A stretch of DNA of 64,000 nt from Epiperipatus broadwayi (lineage: Eukaryota; Animalia; Onychophora): positions 22,630,001-22,694,000 of the forward strand of contig JAQFVV010000005.1 of assembly GCA_028023455.1 (NCBI GenBank), given 5' to 3'. Below are positions 44,201 to 53,200 of this stretch, piece after piece. The number at the start of each line of letters is the position of its first letter. Within the stretch, counting starts at the first letter, position 1. Position numbers and translations under genes: made by a program. The notes under the pieces were generated by a model, which saw only the letters and a program-made list of their open reading frames with translations, ran no database searches and had not been told where the DNA came from.

Positions 44201-47200
44201 AATTAAATACTATTTTGGCTATTCTTTTATTATCCATAAACTGCAATCTACCGAACATTTTCAATTTGCTTTTTGCATCCCTCATATAAAAACTTGACCA
44301 TCCCATTTCTCCTTGAATTGCCTCTTTTGCTGTCCACACCTCAGCATCTAATGCATGTCTTCCTACTTCCCTTTGTACTTTTTCTAAGCAATCTAATACT
44401 TCTTTACTTCATTAAAAAATAACTGACAGTTGTGACGTCTTTTAATCAAAAATATAAACATATATAGAGCTATTTGTACAGATTATAAAAAAATATCAAA
44501 TAAGTAAATTATTTTCCTAAATATTTATGATAGTTAAACATGTTTTTCTTATTTAAAATTTATTCATATTTTTAGCAATAAATTTTGTATGTAATGGCTC
44601 CAGTTATTATTTATTTGTTTGTTTGTTTTTCTGTTTATTTTATTTATTATTATTATTTTTACATTTTGCTTCCATAAGATTTAGGAATTTACTTCAATAA
44701 GTGGAGTTTTTTTTGTTAGTTATATTATGAGCAATTATCCCCGTTCCCTTTGCATGGTGGTAGAGTGGAATTCTTGAGAACTAAAGGTCTATGGATCACA
44801 ACGTCAGACCATTTGATTTTTTTTTTTTTGCATTTATTATTTTCCAATTCTTTTTGATACTTACAAATGAACATCTTTCATCTAAAATCCTATTCATAAA
44901 ACAATTAAGTTCAAATAAGAAATTAAGATAATCCATAACAAAGAATCATTACATTTGTAATTAACACTCACCTTTAGTATATTATTGCCAGTCTATTTTG
45001 TCAGATCATCTTTTGTTTCACAAAATAGATTTACATTGATATAACTAAAGATGGGCATATATCCAAGTTAATTTAAATTATTCTTGGGAAATATTGCTTG
45101 TGAAATTATCTTACAAATGTATTCAGATTTGTGTGTTCTGTGAATAGATTTATATTCTTAAAATTCCATTTTAATAAGCAGGGAAAATTACTTAAGTACT
45201 CATTTTAAAAAGTTATTAGAATTTCATCAGTAATATATTAATCAAAAACAGTTGAATCTGATTTTATTCTCGAATGGCTAATTAACTGACTTTACCCATG
45301 AAAGCTAAATTGATATTCGTAACAGCACAGAGTCATATTGAAAAAATGTCTCATGAGCTTTTCAATTTGGCTGTGAATTTTGATGAATGGGTCCAATAAT
45401 TTTTTGTGGACATAGTCAACCCAGTCCATACAATTTTGCACTGTTTTACATGACTGCTATAGAAACAAAATAATGAATTTGTATCAGCTGTGAAATATTC
45501 TATTTATTTTATAATCAATATGGGAGTTGCCACAGAGTCCATATTTAAGATGCACGAGTTGTCCCCCAATAACGTTATGTAGATTCTTTTTTTTTTCTGA
45601 CAGTTCATATAACAACTTATCTTTCAAAAGTCAAAGCTTTTAAGAAAGCAGAATCCTGGAAATAAGAGTGCAGAAATCCTATCGTCAAGAGATGTTGTGT
45701 AATAAGATTTTTTAAATATCTTCTTATACTTTTCATGTGATTGTGCTTTACTTGTACAATGCGACTTGTTCATTATCTATCTAAGAATACTATTTGAGTC
45801 TCATTAACTTAAAAGATATGAATCACTAATGTTTATTCACATTAATTAAAAATGACAGTTAAATATTTGTTTTGCTGAAGATTGAAATATCTTTCATTTA
45901 AAATAGTATTTTGTATTAATAACGTTTTTATTATCTAAATGTATTTTGCTGAGCTGATATATAGCCCTCATGGAGAATGAAGGATTTAATTTTAACAATT
46001 TTTTTTTCTTTTCATGTGTCAAAGCATCGACCGGGAAGTGAACCCGCAAATTTGGGACAACTGCTTGTAAGGCTGACTACTCAACTAGCAACGCTTGACT
46101 AATTTTAACAATATAAATGGCAAGAATTATTAGAAAAAAAATAAGAAAGAAGTACTAAATATAAATGCTAAAAAGATTAAAATAATGTTCAATGTTTTTT
46201 TTTAATAGAATAAGAAATAATGATTGATGATTATGAATTAGAAGTTAAGGATGACAAATACGCTGATCAAATTATTAATGCAAATGGAAACATAATTTAT
46301 AAAATTAATTCTAGAATTAAATTTGGAAGGAATGTTTTTAGTAGAAGTCACTTAATTTTAAAAGGAAATATGACTATATATTTGAAAAGAACGATTCTTA
46401 ATGTATGTGTTTTGCTAGTTCTTAAAACTTGGACTAACTGAAGAACAAAATGGAGACATTAGACCATACTTTGTCAAATGGAAAGATGTATGATGATGTT
46501 AACAAGAAGGGTTTGAAGGCAAAATATATGGATGAGAGAACAATCAAGTATTATTGGCATCATTGAAAAAATTAAGAGACTATAATGAAGCTGGGTTGAA
46601 CATATTGCAAGAAGAGTATTTGAATAGTTGAAGTTTTAAATTTGATTCCAAAAGATTTAAAAGACCTAGAAACAGACTATGTGTGAGATGGATGGAGGAA
46701 ATAAAATTTTCTGGAGTGATGTAAAGAAGAGAGGCTATGAATAGTAGAAACTGGATAAGACTTGGAAAAGACCTTCTTCCTGCAGTAAATTGATAATAGT
46801 TAGAAATAATGATGATGTTGGTCAATTTCTTATAAAATGATTTATGTTTTTGGACTCTGACTTAAGTTAAACATTTAATAATTGCACTCATTTAGACTAA
46901 ATTAGATTTTTTTAATTTGCATTACTCAGGTAAGGAGACAGCTCTGAATCTTTTGAAACTGCCACTTTGCTAAACCGCACATGATATTTTAGCAATAATT
47001 TTATTATTTACAACTATTTATTTTCTTTTTAGCTGTTTAAAAAAAATCATTTATAAAATTCATAATTCAATAAATAAAATAAATATACAATTTAAGTATT
47101 TTTATTACTCAAGAGTTCATAAAAAATTTGAGCACTGGATGTACTAAAACTGGAATCAATTCGAGGATCTTATGCTTCAAAGAATACATTACTATGGCAC

Positions 47201-50200
47201 TAAACCATACAGATTATATTATATATATAAGAAATGTTATACATGGAAATTGTTAAGTTTATATTGTAACAGGAGGGTTACAATATTTACACAAATAACT
47301 TTACCAGTTTAATCATATAATGAGAATGTTGTTTTGGTAGAAATTGCAAATATTTTATTTTGTGTTGTTGTGTTCTGTAATTGTCTATTTTTTTATATAT
47401 ACTTCTTTTTATTGGTTTTATATATACAGTAAGAAATTGAAACTTTAGTGTTATTTGTGAATATATTTTTTTATTTATAAATATAATATCACATGCTTTT
47501 ATTTTAGTTGCTGCATCGTGTAGAGTTCTGTCATGCCCAACTCCCTCCACATGTAGAATACAAAATGGATTTGCTGTGTGTGTGTGTCCTTCAAGTTTAA
47601 TGATTTTTGATTCAGACTCACGCATTTGTAAATGCCCTAAAGATATGACCTATTACCCTCAAACAAGAGAATGCAAATGTCCAAAGGATATGACATATTT
47701 TCCAAACACAAAAGAGTGCAAATGTCCAAAAGATATGACTTATTATCCAGAAACAAAAGAATGTAAATGTCCAAAAGATATGACCTACTATCCAGAAACT
47801 AAAGAGTGTAAATGTCCAATAGACATGACATATTACCCAGATACAAAAGAATGTAAATGTTCAAATGGTATGCCATACAATCCTGAAACAAAACAATGTA
47901 AGTGTCCAAAAGATATGACTTATTATCCAGATACAAAGGAGTGTAAATGTCCAAAGGATATGACCTACTACCCAGATACAAAAGAATGTAAATGTCCAAA
48001 AGATATGACCTACTATCCAGAAACTAAAGAGTGTAAATGTCCAATAGACATGACATATTACCCAGATACAAAAGAATGTAAATGTTCAAATGGTATGCCA
48101 TATAATCCTGAAACAAAAGAATGTAAGTGTCCAAAAGATATGACTTATTATCCAGATACAAAGGAGTGTAAATGTCCAAAGGATATGGCCTACTACCCAG
48201 ATACAAAAGAATGTAAATGCCCAAAAGATATGACCTATTATCCAAAAACAAAAGAGTGTAAATGTCCGAAGGATATGGTCTATTATCCAGATACAAAAGA
48301 GTGTAAATGTCCAAAGGATATGATTTATTATCCAAACACAAAAGAGTGTAAATGTCCAAAAGATATGACATATTTTCCAGACACAAAAGAGTGTAAATGT
48401 CCAAAGGATATGACCTATTATCCAGATACAAAAGAGTGTAGATGTCCAAAGGATATGATATATTATCCAGACACTAAAGAGTGTAAATGTCCAAAGGATA
48501 TGACATATTATCCAGACACAAAAGAATGCAAATGTCCAAAGGATATGACCTATTATCCAGATACAAAAGAATGTAAATGTCCAAAGGATATGACCTATTA
48601 TCCAGATACAAAAGAATGTAAATGTCCAAAGGATATGACTTACTATCCAGACACAAAAGAATGTAAATGTCCAAAGGATATGTCATATTATCCAGATACA
48701 AAAGAGTGTAAATGTCCAAATGGAATGCCATACAATCCTGAAACAAAAGAATGTGGGTGTCCCAAAGATATGGCATATGACACCCAAACAAAGGAGTGTA
48801 AATGTCCCAAAGACATGTTATTTGATATAGAAACAAAAGAATGCAAATGTCCCAAAGATATGGCATATTATCCTCAAACAAAAGAATGTAAATGTCCTAA
48901 AGATATGATTTATGATACCCAAAAGAAAGAGTGCTTATGTCCTAAAGATATGATGTATGATTCTCAAAGAAAACAGTGTAGATGCACCAAAGATATGATA
49001 TATGATTATAGGACAAAAGAATGTAAATGCCCTAAAGACATGATTTATGATTCTAACTCTAAGGAATGTAAATGTCCTAATGAAATGATGGTTTATATGA
49101 ATAAAGAATGCAAATGTCCTCAGAATATGATTTACGATTCTAAATCTAAAGAATGTAAATGTCCCCACGAAATGATGGTTTACATAAACAAAGAATGCAA
49201 ATGTCCTGAAAATATGATTTATGATTCTAAATCTAAAGAATGTAAATGTCCCCATGAAATGATGGTTTATGTAAACAAAGAATGCAGATGTCCTGAAAAT
49301 ATGATTTATGATTCTAATTCTAAGGAATGCAAATGTCCTCATGAACGAATGGGTTACGTAAACAAAGAATGCAAGTGTCCTGAGAATATGATCTACGATT
49401 CTAATTCTAAAACATGCAAGTGTCCACATGAGATGATGGTTTATGTAAACAAAGAATGCAAATGTCCCGAAAATATGTTTTTTGATGCCGAAGCTAATGA
49501 CTGCAAAAAGTGTCCAGAAGATATGAGTTTTGATGTCAACAGTAAAACGTGTAGTAAGTGAACATGTGATCAAACATTAATTCCCATTAACTGAGTTGGA
49601 TTATGCATGAGTGCTCATTAAATTAAGGGATGAAATTGCCTTGGGCTTGGTTAATCTTTGGAATTGTTAATTTGTGGAATTTAATTCAGAGTATAGATTT
49701 TTTACCACTTACTGAATTTTTAACATATGTAAAATTATTAATGTTATATAGAGGGATTAAAAGTGTGCCATGTATGTGTAATTATTTCTGTGTAATTATT
49801 ATAAATTTTAGTGTCTTAAATTTATCACAGAAATGTTTTTAATCATACTGTTTTTAGTTTTTAAAAAAAAAACTTTAATTTTAATATATGAAAATGAATT
49901 CAGTAAATAATGCTTTGCTTATTCATTCAATAACATGTACACACTTAATTATATAATCAGGAGTTTTACTATTGATAAATACTTTTTAAAATAATGGATA
50001 TCCATTAGAAATCAAAGTGTAATACAATTTTATTTTTTTCTGTGTTGAAATATTTTATATAAAGTTATTAAACTTATTTTAAACGCACATTATTATATTA
50101 AGTAATATTTACTAAGGCTGTAACCTCAGGAATATGCATTTGAAAAATGTGAAAGTAGGGACCTCTACAGGTCTTAACCACAAGCTTACGCCTTGGAAGA

Positions 50201-53200
50201 AAAGAGGGAAACCCTACCCTCTTTTCTTCCAAGGCGTAAGCTTGTGGTTAAGACCTGTAGAGGTCCCTACCTTCGCATTTTTCAAATGCATAAAGATATT
50301 AAATAATTATGGTCTCTCCTTTTTTTTTTTCTATTTGTTTGTTTTACTCAATAAAGTGTTTCAACTCCTAATCATTAATTGTGTAACAAAGAACATATAT
50401 TACATATGTGTATGTAAAAGTCACAACTATACACCCCAAGCTCTGCTAATGTAAATCATTAACTTATGTCTTGCATTGGTGGTCGAGAGGTCAGCGCGAC
50501 TGCCTTGCACTTGCAGGCAGTTGCCCGGGTTGCGGGTTTGCGTCCCGGCCGATGCTATGACACTTAAAAAAAAAATCATTAACTTATCCTCCAGATATTC
50601 TAATTCAGTTAACTTTTTACAGTTAAGAAAACGGCTACTTCTTACTGCGAGTTCAAGATCGTATATCAAAAACTAGAAATCACTTCAATTATTTATATTA
50701 ACGCTGCTCAGATTTGTCATTTTGACTATTATATATTCTAGAGCATTGTGATTCTCTATTGTGATATATATATATATATATATTTATCATCAAATTGAAC
50801 ATTCGATTGAGGTTAAATAGAAACTGCATTATTATGTTTGATGGGGATCTTGATTAGTTTCTGGACTGCTGATAGAGTTGTTATTGACAGAAACATGTGT
50901 CCAGCAAAGACTGCTTGATTTTTTATCTAACATTGCTATTTTAAAAATTATGAAAAATTTCTATAGAAGACTAAGTTAAAATTGGCACTAGTAAATGGTT
51001 AATTATTTATACATATTCCACGAGTATTCATTGACAATAACTAATCATTATTTAAAATTGCTAAGTCAAGCTTTTGAATTTCCAGCAAACATCAGAAGCC
51101 CTGATGTGGTAATTTTAAATATTAAATTTATAGTAATTATTAATTGACAACACCCTCTTGTAGAATATAATTTTATATTTCACTATGGTTAAATATTATT
51201 GTTATATATATTATTTTAAAAAGCAATGTACTAATTTATGAGGACATCATGAAAATTCAAAAAAATGTTGTGAATTTTAATACTAAGATAATAATAATAA
51301 AAGAAATGAATAAATGAGGGTGGTAGGGGTGGGAAATCTTAATTTTTCTTTTCTGTTTATTTAAAACTTGATTGTTATAATCTGCTGCTTTCATTAAAAT
51401 CTCATAATAGTAAAAATCGATTTTGATAATTATTTGATAACAAAAAATGTACTTATACTTGATATTTTCATATGATCTAAACATATGCATAATTTATTAT
51501 AAAAAAGCTTAAATATACAGTGCTAAATAAGTAAAGTTGGCTACATAAAAATAATGTATCAAAAAGTGGAGTGCTTGGAAATAATACAATGAAACAGGAC
51601 CTATGATGAAAAATATTGATATATAATATTACAACTTCATTTTTATCTTAGCGAAAGCAGATCATTGGCTTATTAATGAAAGGATTTGATCTTGGTTGCC
51701 TTTTAGCTAAATGCAATGCATGCTTTTTAAAATTAATTATATTTTCTTTTTAATTGTGTGTCCAATAAATAATTTAAAATTAGATCTGAATTTAATATTT
51801 ATGACTTTCAAATATTTGTCTCTAAATAATACATCTAAATAAAAAAATTAAATTAACCAAATGTCAATAATATTTTAATTTGCGAAGAGCAGATAGTTGA
51901 AAATTGAAATAAATTGAGATACTGCCGAATCTCACTGCACTCGTTACAATACCAATCCAACAGCCAATCAGATGTCATGATATCCATCTAAACGACAATC
52001 AAACCCAAACACACAACAAAGATTTTACGAGAAAAGGGCGGCCATCCTTCTCTCTACTTTTCTTTTTATACTGTATATCTAAGCCAGTCATAAGTAATTA
52101 GGTTTGTATGTTTATGATTTAGACTCAGTGAGTTATTTGTGAAGATATTTAAAGCTTTCAAACCTAAATACTTACGACTAGCTTAGATATATAGAGAGAA
52201 AAGTAGAGAGAAGGGTGGTTCACCCTTTTCTCGTAAAATCTTTGTTGTGTGTTTGGGTTTGATTGTCATTTAGATGGCTATCATGACATCTGATTGGCTG
52301 TTGGATTGGTATTGTAATGAGTGCAGTGAGATTCGGCAGTATCTCAATTTATTTCAATTTTTAACCAAATGTTGTAAATTATATTTAGAGCTATTAGATC
52401 TTATTTTTTTTTAATTTATTCACTGAAATGTAGTTAAATGTTTAAAGTTTATTTAAGTAAAAAAAACAGAAACATATATAGCATTAACCAATAAATATTT
52501 CTCTCTTCTTCCTCAATTAAAATAATTGTATAGTTGTGACACCTATCCTCCAGCTCTAGAAACCAAAATGTAAACATTCAGTAAAATCAGTGAACTTAAA
52601 ATGGTCCTGGATCCAGAATCTTATAATTAGCTCTTTTGGCTAATTTTTTTTGGTAGAAATAATTATCAGAAGAAAGCCAATTTGTAGAAATTTATTGGCA
52701 TAAACTAGTCAGAAACTGCTGCATTCACCGATTTTCGCTCACGTGTGATTTTTGAAGCTGAAAGCATCGATATTCAGCGTCGTTAGTATGTGAATATGGA
52801 TTCAATAGATGTTTATTATATTTCCCATAAGTAATAAAGGCTGTATCATATTGCAAACATATTACGTTTTGTAACAGTATACTAACAATTTTAAATGGTT
52901 CCGTCAGTCTACAAGAACTACAGGTTGAGTTCATATCTGGACTGAGTAAACTTTAAAATTTTTTCAACAGGCTTAGAATTTTTCTTTCAGGGCAGCTTAA
53001 CTGTACCCAACCCAACTAATCATCCAGTACTGATTTAGCTACTGTGATGAGAACTGTTCAAACTTTCCTCACCAAATACTGACTGCTTCATTGTTCACGC
53101 TATCCTTGCTGCTTTTATGTGAGGCACTGCTAAAGAGGCCTCTTCCTCTGGTGATCTATTTTTACTGAGCTATTTATCTTAGCATTTAAAAGAACAACAT

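Noticed and set aside
47620-49500. 45-bp periodic array as a CRISPR or non-coding satellite
   Set aside because: There are no unique spacers; the units are in-frame codon repeats with synonymous variation inside a spliced exon.
47799-49573. Minus-strand ORFs (66-212 aa) over the repeat
   Set aside because: Antisense shadows of the low-complexity coding repeat.
50134-50676. ORFs of 106, 80 and 66 aa
   Set aside because: They overlap the palindrome and SINE; no recognisable domains.
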